Positions 11,390 through 22,900 of a DNA stretch of 45,163 nt are shown piece after piece. A program made the translations under genes and the position numbers. Source of the stretch: Phoronis australis. Lineage: Eukaryota; Animalia; Phoronida. The notes beneath the pieces were generated by a model. It did no database searches. It was not told where the DNA came from and worked only from the letters and a program-made list of their open reading frames with translations. The stretch's first letter is position 1. The number at the start of each line of letters is the position of its first letter. The stretch is from positions 67,523 through 112,685 of the forward strand of contig NMRA01000833.1 in the NCBI GenBank assembly GCA_002633005.1. Reading direction: 5' to 3'.

Positions 11390-12257
11390 ATTGCTAGCCC
11401 TCTTTTCCACTTCAGACATATAAAATTCCGAGAAAGTGGGACCCAGAGGAGAGCCCATGCTCACACCATCTTTTTGGGAAGGTCGGTCTGATTTTCTTTC
11501 CTTTTGTTTTTGTCATTGTATATATGTGTGCGTTGCCTTTTTGTACGTTCGCTTTGAAATGGTGACTTACATGTATAAGCCCAAGTTGTAGCTGGGTAGC
11601 AATTGCTACAGGTCACTAAAAATGATTGATTGTTATAATTCACCTGAGGTGCTTTTTATCCTACATGTAGTTATAAGCACGGGTAGGCTGTTTAATAATG
11701 GCTGCCTTAATTTGCTTAAATTCAGCAAAATTGGCGATTTATCCACCTGTAAACCAGCTCCATTGAATTTACTGACAACAGGTTACAACATCAAAATAAC
11801 CTACCTTTGGTACCTTTGACCAGAAAGTTTTCAGCAAAAACAGATTTTTGCACAATGGCAGCCTTAATTTGTATTTTAAAAATGGTTAAGGGGGTCATGA
11901 TTACAATCCAGCTAAAATGCTTCAGGAGGGGGACACAATCAAAAACCTTACACTACCTATGGGTGGCTACTAGATTATAAACTCTACCCAGCTGCGATAG
12001 TTTTTCGCTCTGATTTTCCGGCTGTCTACTCGACTGAGTTTTGATCGAGTGTTGTCGTTATCAAATCAAACCTGACGTCATTGCTTTGTTTTCATTTTGT
12101 CATTGCTGTTTGTCAAGCGAGACTCTTGAGGTATCGCTCCACACAATCGGCGATTTCCCGACAAAATTACATGTAGTCAACAAACACGGTAGTAACACTG
12201 GTCATTCCTTATACGCAACGATCTGTGGCCCTAACTACAGCACACATCACGAATTTT

Positions 12258-12439
12258 TGGCCGACCGGTCGGAAATTGGTCGACGACCGGCCGTCGACCG
12301 GTCGGCAAATTAGCCGACCGGTCGGCTAAAAATTAGCCGACCGGCAGCCGCCCGCAGTGCCGACTCATAAGGCGACCCCACAGCCGACCCTTCAGCCGAC
12401 CCTTTAGCCGACCGGCCATCAGCCGACCAGCTGGTCGGC
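12258..12439. repeat. GC-rich palindromic repeat array (CCGACCGGTCGG / AGCCGACC), probably a transposon end cut by a contig break
   Basis: More than 10 copies of CCGAC/GTCGG in both orientations, ending at the N at 12440. Confidence 0.7.
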
Positions 12440-13818
12440 NAAACAGGTGTGTTTACGTAAAGTTCCAAATACTAATCATAAGTGCGTAGCTGAATGTGTG
12501 TGCGTCTATATGCATGTATACATAAATACTGTTTTCAATTGTTTCTTCAATACTTCGTTCATGCAATGTTTACGTGTTGCCCAGATGACGTTTTTTGGTG
12601 AATTCGATTTCTAAGCAGAAGACCTACTGCTATCTGTAGTACATACATATACCCGTGAAATTAATTGTTGAAAATGACACCAGTCAGAATGTTTCCCTTT
12701 TTGACACACTACCAAACTGACCTATACTATTGTAATATCCCACGCTTTATAGTTATATTACATATACTTACGCGTTTAAGTGAAAAAAATACGTTTCATG
12801 CGTATTTACAGTACCTGCAATTACCCATTCCACTAAAAAACAACGAAAAAATCTTCGTCGGACACCTTTGGTTGTTACGTCTGGACAAGAAACGCTGCCG
12901 GGACGTTTTTGTATGTTGCAGTGAACATCTCACCATTGCATTTTGCTTAGACCCAGATTCCCGAGTTTTATCCGGATAGTCCCGCTTTTCAATCCAGCTG
13001 TTGATTTTTTTCATTTTTGAACGTTTTCCGTGGCAACTGTGCAAAAGGTGTTCAAAATAACAGTGTCTCTTCGTTATAAATACTGCGATATTTCTTTACT
13101 CAAAGTGTGTTCCAGTGTTTATGAAAACTTTTCTTCGTATGGCTTAGAAATCGTTTGAATCATTGAAATGAAATTCTTTCCTTGTTGCTTTGACTAGTCA
13201 GTTATATTACCCATCCTTTGCTAAGTTGCTATTACACCGTGTTAGCTTTTGCATTTTGGTAACACGCTTGGTGTTTAGAATAAAAAACATTGTTTTAAAA
13301 CTGCCGTGTATTCAAAATAATTTCATATGATTTAAATTATTTATTTTTTGCTCCTGGTAACAAAATCAAAATCTCATCAAGGGCTATCTAATGTTATGAA
13401 TCTTGTGCAATTCTGCTGAAAAGCGGTGGAGTTGCAAAAAACTCTGAGCTACAATAATTTCCATAACAAAAATCAACACCGAAACAAATGATTCTAAACA
13501 AATTCCACGCATGCGCGGCGTCACCTCAGCAACACAAGATCTAAACTGGCATTCCAGGGCTACAGCTTTATGATAACATGCACCTACATGTATATAAAAC
13601 GCTTGTAGTGTAAAATATTTATACCCTATTAAAATTTAAATCAACATTTTTCGCCAGCTTCCGTGCAATACTCGAATCGTGTGACCGTACAAAAAGCTCG
13701 TAAGTCACTGCAGGGGCACGTGATACGGTTATTGCACGAACTCATCAAGGCGTATGATGTATAAAAAACAAGACACGGACCAATACTCGTGCCAGTTGTA
13801 CCATGAAGATGCTATTTA

Positions 13819-15170
13819 ATGAAGGATGACATCCAAATTTATCACTATGAATTGCAGGGGTTTGGAAAATACAGAATCACGTTAATTTGTATTTACTTTA
13901 AAACAGAAACTTGTCCATGTTTTGTCTGCCTGAAGCACATTTCACACAGACAGGTGAAACCGTTGTTCGGGCAATGTCGGGTGGTGAGGTGCGTATGAGT
14001 TGCGGTTCTACTCATTCAAGGGTGGTTTGTATTTTATTTAGTAATAACTTTGAATTTGAAATTAAATCTACACGCCATGATCAGGAAGGACTTTTTTACT
14101 TTTAAGTCTTATTTTGGAAAATAATATTAGTGTTAGAGTTATCAATATTTATGGACCAAATAAGGGTGTTCCAAACTTTTATAAATCTATTTCAGATGTC
14201 TTATTGGACTTAGATTCAGGATTTACAATACTGTTTGGCGACTGGAATTTGGTCCAAGATATTGAATTGGACTGTTATAACTATGCGGAGCTTAACAAAA
14301 CCCAAAGCAAGAGAAGAAGTCAAAAACTGTTCTTCCACATGCAATTTGACTGATCCGTGGCGTCTTGCTCATCCAACTGCAAAACAATTTACTTGGAAGA
14401 GAGTGAATCAATCCAGTTTAAAAGGCACTATTGGATTTCTTTTTGTTTTGCAAGAAATGAGTAATATACTGGAATCATCCACAATTGATCTTGGATACAG
14501 GACTGATAATTTCAGTATTAGCCTTTCGTTTCGTATTACAGACTTCTCCAGATGTCGAGATCTCTGTCTCTGGCCTTTCAACAATTCTCTTCTCAATGAT
14601 ATAAATTACTTTAATTTAGTTAAAACTATTACAAGAGAAGTTTCGAGCGAGTATGCTGCATTTCCCTCTAAAAGAGAATCTACATGTATACCAAAAATTC
14701 TTTAAATTGAAATACAATTTATAATTGATGACTCATTGTTTTTCGATGTGTTGTTGATGAAAATAAGATAGCAAACTGTTCATTTCTGTAAAAGAAAATT
14801 TACTGAAAGTAAGAATTCTATCAAGAATTTAGAGGACAAAGGATTCTCCTTTTTTACTTTGACACAACAGGACCAATGTTCATTGCTAGATGAAGTTCTA
14901 GACCAGAAAAATAGAGAATTAGAAAATTTAGAAGGAAGAGCAACTGGAAGGACATATTACACGTTCTCGTGCAAAATGGATTAAGCATGTTGAGAAACCA
15001 TCAAGATATTTTTCCAACTTAGTAAAGAGAAATTATGTTAAAAAAATATAACTAAACTAAATAATGGCCAAGGCAATTTTATTGCAAATCAAACAGAATT
15101 GATAATTTTTATAAATTACTTATTTAATTTACAATGAACAAATCAGGGAGATTGGAAATGTTTCAACAAC
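13819..15170 (+). mobile_element. Decayed L1/Tx1-clade LINE ORF2 (APE endonuclease and linker)
   Basis: Frameshifted motifs NCRGL, CL.EAHF, INIYGPN, GDWN, DPWRLAHP..KQFTW, GYRTD, W.FNNSLL and RSRAKWI...EKPSRYF.NL.KRNY. Confidence 0.88.
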
Positions 15171-15459
15171 TTGGTCTAAGGGTCTTTAACCCCTCTAGAC
15201 TTATCACTGTACTTAAGTCCTTGATAACCCTTTTCAAATTTAGATCATCTTCTCTCTGCTCTCCCGACACCGCCTGATGAAATCATTGACCTACTANAGA
15301 TATCGTACCTTGGGCGCCCATCAGGCGGTTTCCGATAAATGTTTAATATTATCTTTGTTAAAAGAAGGAAAAAAGTGAAGAATAGATACGTCTATCTACC
15401 GATATGAAAGTGAAGAACTTGCGCCCTAGTTCCCTTGGGAGTTTTGAAAACAATATTAC

Positions 15460-15585
15460 CTTATCGTATAGATTTTCAGCAGACCTGCGTCTCCTCCTGT
15501 TCCAAGAACAGACACCGTCCATGAGTACCACAAGCACCATCAAAAGACCAAGGATCTTCACAGGTCCCCTGGAAATTGAGAACAT
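15460..15585 (-). CDS. Exon 1 (signal peptide + poly-Arg site) of secreted EF-hand protein gene, copy A; downstream exons not found
   Basis: ATG at 15585 gives MFSISRGPVKILGLLMVLVVLMDGVCSWNRRRRRSAENLYDK, then a phase-0 GTAATA donor (15459). Homologous to 38963-38826 with the same donor position. Confidence 0.7.
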
Positions 15586-17010
15586 GACTTTCCACGACGT
15601 GAATTTGCCATTTACATTGACAACCCACTTGGATCGACTTACAGTCCAGCTCATTTCCATATTTTGTATTATAGCACAGGTCTATACAGGTGGAGATAAT
15701 TGAGCATAGACAAGTTTCCTTATCAGTCAAACAGCTACTTTAGAAGTGCGTAAATTCAGTTACAACGAATTGATTTTTATGATGCGAACACCGACCTTGT
15801 TTCATTTGACAGGTAATATCTCTCAACCCGTTATTGAATCATACCCACTGTATATACCCACGACATGATGTGAGAGCCTACACTGTATTGGATCATAGAG
15901 GAAAGCAGTGATTTTTGGACAAAGGTGCACAGCACATCTAGAAAATTTATATACATTTGATCCTACTTCTTCATAAAGTGGCCATGCAGTTTTTATTTCT
16001 AATGCACAAAACGCCTATGTTTTTGCGTGCCAGGTCCATTTCTTAACAAACTCATCGTGTTATAACTCATGTTGGAGTTTACGTAAGCTAAGCTGTAAAA
16101 TGGAATTTAGATTTTTAGAAAATCGCCAAATCGTTGTTTGCGAACTTAAGTTGTACTCATTTTGGTTTCATTTTATATTTCATTACGACCTACATGTACA
16201 TGTACAGATCGTCAAACGCTGTTTGTTAACAAATACACAGACCTGTCTTATATCTGCCTACAATACCAGATAGGGTGGATTTAATTGAAAGGTTTTGCTT
16301 ATAGCATGCACACGTGTTATATTGGAGGCCAACTTCATCGAAAGCTATTCTACTTACATGCCAGTATCTATCGAAATTTACCACCGTTAAGTTCAAGTTT
16401 TGCAACCAGTCTTCTTACCACGGCTGCGGCGAATGCTCTGTGATAATACTTTAGACTCTGGGAATGTTTTTATACAGTACCCAATTTCCCAGTGATACGG
16501 GTGCCTGAAACCCAATAAAGGGAGGATTAATCAGGCAACTGATGGTGAATTCTGATTGGTTGAAAGGCTAAGGAGGATAAAGATATTTGGGTTGCGGCTA
16601 CCACAACAACAAACTGATTTTGTATAGTAATTAAGCCTGTGGAATCCATGGTAGTTTCTGCTGTTACGAAGTCTTCAAAGGTCTCTGGAGAATCTGCAAT
16701 TTTTTAAAGCAAATGAATTTTCCAGAACTTTATCAAGATGTTGAGAAAAATAATAAAAGTTACAATTTTCTTAGGGATCTCAAATTGTTCATTATATAAT
16801 CATACACAGACATTGACCAATAAAGTTTTTAGGAAGAAATTGGTGTACTCGAGTTAATTCTTTGTCAAGTTATTTTTGTTATGGTTCTGACGAAATGATT
16901 GCTAATTTGTTTTGAAGTTGCAAAACTTTTAAAATATTCTGGCTTCAGTTTTCTCGTGTTGTAAATGATATTTTCTATCCTGATGTTACCATATCACTTA
17001 GGAAATTTTA

Positions 17011-17820
17011 AACGGGGAAGCTCTAAAACCAGTTGAACCCCTTGACCCCACACCCCTCGATCATCTCGACCCACAGCCCCCACGTCCAACAACCCTTTGT
17101 CCCCACCACCCACGACCCATAACCCCCTCGACCCATTCTACACAAACTCGAATCAATCTGAACATAAAAAAGGGCTGACTTGCAGGACCATTGAGTTGGG
17201 CCGTGAGCTCAGCCGGCGTTTCCCTGCTTCTTTGCAGTTAAGAGAGTCTATTCTGATAGTTTGAAAGCCAAAACGGGAAAAATAACAACGCAGAGCGTAA
17301 TCATCTAGTCTGCTCTTCAGTGAATGGCAGATGCAATTATTTGTGGAGTGTGCGAGGAACCGACAAAACTGTAATTTCATCAGTAAATGCAGTTTGAATA
17401 AACAAACGGTTTACTAAAAAGCATTCCAACGTTCTATGGAGTATATTGTAAGCGATTAAACAACAGAAAGCAAAATAATAAAAATGTGAGATGATGTTCA
17501 TTCACGGAAAAGTATTCTCTCCCTAAGATTAGAAACAACGATAGCGCGCTCACAATGAACTATTTTAAATCACGTTCTCACGCCATTTCATGTTTTTATT
17601 CACCAGACTTGAGCCAGAGCAATCTAGCGTGTAGGTACATGTATACATGTACATGTATGTCTGATGGGAAAGTCACTCAGCGGCGTAATACGATTATGCA
17701 ATATGTAAAAAGCGCGAAAACACCTCTATTGCAACAGGTCGTGCCTAGAGGGGGTTGGGACGCGTGGTGTCGAGGGGTGTGTCGGTCGAAGGGGTCGAAG
17801 GGGTTTTAGAACTATCTGTT
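17011..17820. mobile_element. MITE with imperfect TIRs, present only in duplication copy A
   Basis: Left ctctaaaaccagttgaaccccttgaccccacacccctcga; reverse complement of right ttctaaaaccccttcgaccccttcgaccgacacacccctcga. Absent at the homologous position (~42300) in copy B. Confidence 0.7.
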
Positions 17821-19079
17821 GTAATGGCTTTTTGAGTTTCTCTTTAAAATTTTAGGTATGTAATGTAATTATATGTTTGAACAGATTGTATATATTTTTA
17901 AAATGAATTTCCTGTATTTTTGAAGCTCTACGTATTTGTATGCCTAAAATCCACTATTTGGAGCAGTAGAAATTTCCCAGTAGTACTCTTCTGCTAGTTT
18001 AATTTGTACTACCCGCATTGGCTGAATTGATTTGACCCAGGTATTGTTTACACAGGTTAATGCTGTGCGCTGGACACACAAATAGTACATGCGAGTTTGT
18101 CAAATGTCTCATGAATAAAAGATAATGCCCGCAACGCCTCTTTTGCTGTCCACGAGGGTAAAGGTGCTTGTGTCCCCCTCCCCCTAAATTCACCCATGCC
18201 TGCGATAGGTCACTGGTTCTTCATTTCATTTAACACAAGCACATGTATCTGGCATCGATCACCGTCAACTTTTGGCATGGGCAGTGGCTTCAGAAGTTTT
18301 ATGATGTAGCTCTGAAAATGATATGTTGCTCAGTGGTTTTGGTTTAAGTACATTCTGCATCATGTTTTAATTATAATTGTCTACAGCTAACTATATGAAG
18401 TATGGGTACAAGGCAGGTGGTGCCACTTGTAATTGGGCGTTCAATGCCCTCAAAGAAATAATAAAATATCTCTTTAATAGCTTTTCATTATATGAGTTAT
18501 TGATGAGAAAACTGCTTGTAACTGGCCAGTTTGTTTACAGTTTCTTAGCTCATTCTCCAAAAAACCTTCCTCTCTAATAAGGTGTTTTTTCCTATTTTTG
18601 ATGAGATGTTGCTTTACAATATGGTACTGGATGGCGGGTTGTTCAGGGTTTTTCCGGTTTCAAATGAATGACAAAGTTACGACGCAGACCAAACCACTTC
18701 TGGGAGGTTAACTATAAAGTGGATTTTAAAGTAGTGAGGTCACCAGATTAACACAGACTCCAATGATTCTGCTCTCACTCAGCCACGTTTATTCACCAAG
18801 TAAAAATAGGCTTACCAAGCAGAGTTACCCTCACCAACAACAGTCTACTTTCATACATTACCTCCGCTTCTTTTCTCAACCGGTAATTATCATAAACAAG
18901 AAAACAACAAAATCATGTGACCTACACTCAATTGTACAACACAGCAACTCAAAACGAGCTAAGTCCACTTGCGAATCTGTTAAACAAGATTGTAGTGTTT
19001 TACATCCTCATGTATGTGTAAATATCACGAACTGGAGAAGATTTCTCAGTCCCAACAGTTTGCTCAACAAATGGTTTAA

Positions 19080-19950
19080 CAAATGAAGCAGAAACTTGTA
19101 CCGTCCTCCGGTTGTACAATAACCTCCTGCTCTGCTAAAGTAACATGGCGGTGGGGAAGGATATTTTGTTGCCAATTAACCCTCTGCATTGTCGCTGATC
19201 TCCGGAAACGTGGTTTCACGGGACTCAGCCAGAACACTTTTATTACACAACTTAGCATAGTTATCTCGATCGCGAACAGTTTCATCCGTCAAAGCACTTT
19301 CTTCGTCAACGCCGGCAACTTAGAACGCATCTCACAATTGAACATCAGCAGAAGTATCGCCATTTCCGAAATTAGGACCGAAGAGTCGTGAGATACGCTA
19401 ACAGCATGAGCAATTTTGATTGCTTTAAGAAGAGTTCGATTTCGTCGCTCGACTTCCCCGTTGGACTGTGGGGAGTTGCGATGTTCAACAGTGTTCTCGG
19501 TCAGATAGATTTCGAACCCATCCGACGAAAAATGACGACTATTGTCAGTTTTCACAGAAAATGGCCCACTGTGCCTCGTCTAAAATAGGTTCCAGCATCT
19601 TAATCATATAAGACGAAGTAACAGTCTTGGTCAGTCCAATTAAAAAACGACTATAACAGTCTACAGCTACGAAAACATGTTCTCCAGTTGGCATCGCTCC
19701 AATCAGTTCAACTGCGATATTTTGATAACGACCTGGCAACAATGGCAGCACCTACAACCACGTTCCGAGTCTCCGTCCATACCAAGCCACCACACTTTAG
19801 ACCCTATGTTTCTTAGTGTTTACTATACCTTGCTGTCTTTCAAGCGCTAAATCAAGAGCACGGGCACGTAACGCATTGGGTATTACGATACGATAGCCAC
19901 GAAGGCTTTACGTAAAGAATAAAACTCTGACTTAACACATGTATAAGCGG
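19080..19950 (-). mobile_element. Decayed Ty3/Gypsy pol fragment (integrase)
   Basis: Motifs LRGYRIVIP..LR..AL.LA, KVWW.GMD, P.GEHVFVAVDCYSRF, KTDN..HF.S, and PQSNGEVERRNRTLLKAIK, with frameshifts and stops. A possible 3' LTR remnant lies at ~18730-18860. Confidence 0.88.
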
Positions 19951-22900
19951 GTAATTTGGATTTTGATTAATTCACATGCAATACACATAGGGACACTATT
20001 TTATTAAGTACTAGTCCACGAGAGCACCAGCCATGAGCGGCAAGGTGGGGGTCAGCCGATTTTAACCAAATTTGGCACATAGGTAGTCCTATGGGATCTA
20101 TAAACAGCGGTAAAATATTTCCTCAAAATTTTGCGTTTTTCTAAAGTTATAGGCTCAAACACATTTTACGGCTTCGCAGCCATGTTTTCACGGTATAAAA
20201 ACTGTCCAGTTTTAACTGTTCATATTTTTCCTTGAATGAAAGCTATTGATTTATTATTCACTTGGCATTGTTTAGTGGTGCCTGTAGATTGTTACACAGA
20301 TGTCTTGAAACACGATTCCGATTTACCACCCTCATTTAGTAGTTTTACTACACTGCCCCCCGTTATGCCATTTTGAGGTTGTGTTCAGTACACTGCTGTA
20401 CCAAATCTGCCCCCACTGNTGCCCCAAGTAAATACCTATCCTTCCTGATCAGTCTACGTAGAGTCTCTCAGACTGCTGAATAATTGGGTAAAATTCTAGA
20501 AAAGAACTGAACCAGTTCCAGAAAGGATCTGATCCCACTCATGCATGTACATGTACGTCGTCTTGCGGTTGTAATCGCCTCAACTTAATTGCCTGACGCA
20601 TTAAAGCCCGTTTTACTTACGTCGTTCCCAAAATGTTTACCTCTGTCCAGGGCTCCAAGCTGGTTTTTGAAAATAGGGTGTCCAAAATGGGGTCTTCAAT
20701 GTTCCAGAGCGTCTGTGCTTGCTTTACACCCACCCCCACCACCTTTCTCTAGGAACCCCCCCACACAGATTTTTTTAAATAATGCCCAAACAGCCCCTGT
20801 ATTGAGCTTTTTTTACTGGAATGTACGTGGTCCACGGCTTTCACGCCTAAACTTAGGAAAACAGCCAAATAGCATACCAAGCAAAGATTAGAAATGTTGG
20901 TTTGAACAGTGGGTGCACTATGTTTTTGGTAATCTCAACCCAAATTGGTGTAATTAAGTTTATCATATCTTTATAAGGTGATATACATTTATTGAAAAAT
21001 ACACAGAACACAAAAAGACATAATGACAAACCCAGAATCATATCATCTTAATTAGCTTCTGTGCTATGAGTCATTAGAGCTGCAATTACAGTACAAACAC
21101 AAGGAAATGCACAGTTGATATGTGGTTTATATTTTGGCAACAGGTGTCACTGGGGTTTCAAATCAAAACAATTTGATGCTCATTCAAAAAGCATGACAGA
21201 TGCGCAAACTCTGCTGAATAGTAATATTCTTGTTGCACAATATATTCTTTTAAATAATGACAATTATTTGTTCTTTTAAACAAAGGATGAAAACCAAGAA
21301 TTTACAGCTCTGAAAGACCAGTTTGGAGTTACACTAAGGTACGTGCCCCTGTATATAGTACTGAACTATGATTGGAGACAAGTCCACTGAGAGCTGACGG
21401 CAGTGATCCAAACCTTGCCAACCAATGGTTGACAGGTTTCGATTCTCAATGCTTTGAACCTAGTTTAAACATTGCAACGTTGGAAGTTGAGTTGAAATAG
21501 CCAGCACTCTGAAATGTTCGGATGTCACCTTTCTTAACTACAAGATTTTCACAAATTAGATGTGCCTCGTTCATTAACGTCCTAGTAATTTGAACTTTCT
21601 ATCAAAGAACGGAGAAACCCTGATCGACAGTGGACGACGAAATAATTCATTGGACATCGTTGTAGGAGCGTTCATATTAGGACTAGGACCTTCGCTGCAT
21701 GAAACCTTGCCTCTGTCATACGAAACACGCTTTTGGTTCGGTTAAGTGTGAGCTCACATTCACGCAGTCTACCTAAGACTTAACGGTATGCTCCTAACTG
21801 CTATGAGCAATAATATCGACCGCAATGTTCTGTTCACCAAGACAACATTTTAGTACGTCTTGAATAATCTATTGGAACCGTTCAGCTATTCAATCTCTTG
21901 TATCGAAAAATATCACGAACAAAGACAAACTTTGTGATCTCTCTATTTCCCTCGTCTAACCGAATTTGGTGAAATCACAATTTTTAATCTAGTTTACCGA
22001 ATACAGAGCACCATTAAAATGTTGCATGACTTCTTGAACTGTGGTTCGTGATTTATAGCTTCGTTCACTCGGGGCGTATCAACGCATACGCGCATGCCAT
22101 TACTCTTGGACACTATAACTTATGGTAGCAAGTGGGTATTTGGTTCACCTACTACACTCCGCGTCTAATAGTTCGTCTAACTTTAGATTGACATCGTTGC
22201 GTAACGCAAACAGGCCTAACTGATTTTTCAACCTGAAACTTATTTTGAAAATCTTTCAATTTCCCTATACCTGAGAAAACGTCAGGGAATTTAGCGCAGA
22301 TGTCCTGACCTGAGAGTGCGTTAACTTTGATCTGGTCTGATAGGCCTACTCTTAGAACCCCTGAAGTACATGTAGGATGGCGCTACCGATCATCCAAAGC
22401 AGTATTGGTAATAGATTGGAGTTCACTCCAGGAGTAAAGCGTACATGGTAGAGCTAGCGCTATTGGATAAGCTATATCGAATGAGTGTTCTCGGGCTTAA
22501 AACAAGATCGATTGGTGTCTTTCAACGCATACATGTACAAAAACCGAAAATTAGTTGAAGGTTGTTTCGATAGCCAGGGCTGAGAGACATAAATGAAGTT
22601 CCAGGTACGACAGGGGGCAACATTTCGAAGTGCCGATATTCCGAAAAGCGACGACTGTTCGACTCGCAAGTAATATATCAAGTTTACACCTCCGTGACTT
22701 TCTTTATTCTCGAAGCTTGCTACAGTACATGTATGTATCTGACATCAGAAATGGTAACCTGCAAAAAATATTTAACTAGTGTTGCAGAAAAAGAAAGAAA
22801 TCATTGAAGCACTGCTAATTTCGGCGGTACCGATAAAATAGCAACTTCTGCTGAACTAAAAAACATATTCAACCGGGTGCTTTGTAATTGGTGATGAATT

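Larger units (their letters stand above)
10141..11476 (-). mobile_element. 5'-truncated Penelope-like retroelement (RT + GIY-YIG endonuclease; Naiad-like)
   Basis: RT motifs QKDGVSMGSPLGPTFSEFYM, RYVDDIF, IPFLDV and VYHKPT. GIY-YIG region VVYEFVCP...C...YIGQT..L.RRL.MH...GAI..H...H. After a 1-nt frameshift near 10436 it continues LKVLESLLIAFEKPILNEQ to TGA at 10305-10303. Confidence 0.92.
15450..18225. repeat. Segmental duplication copy A (exon 1 plus upstream DNA), homologous to 38820-39210 and 41325-43050
   Basis: Collinear, same-orientation blocks shared with copy B, e.g. tttttgcgtgccag, ggatttaattgaaag, tacttacatgccagtatct, gaattctgattggttgaaag, gagttaattctttgtcaagttatttttgt and cacccatgc.tgcgataggtcactggtt. 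Confidence 0.9.

Noticed and set aside
12822-13035. Splice-like signals on the minus strand as candidate exon 2 of copy A
   Set aside because: Phase-0 readings hit stops and similarity to IDEKMAKRTLGLSDDELKELDLN is unconvincing.
15269-15329. CTGATGA within an 11-bp inverted repeat (hammerhead-like)
   Set aside because: No stem II or GAAA core in register, and the region is interrupted by a contig-join N.
21144-21338. Two exon-like segments on + (CHWGFKSKQFDAHSKSMTDAQTLLN; DENQEFTALKDQFGVTL)
   Set aside because: Splice sites are plausible, but there is no recognisable domain or linked exon.
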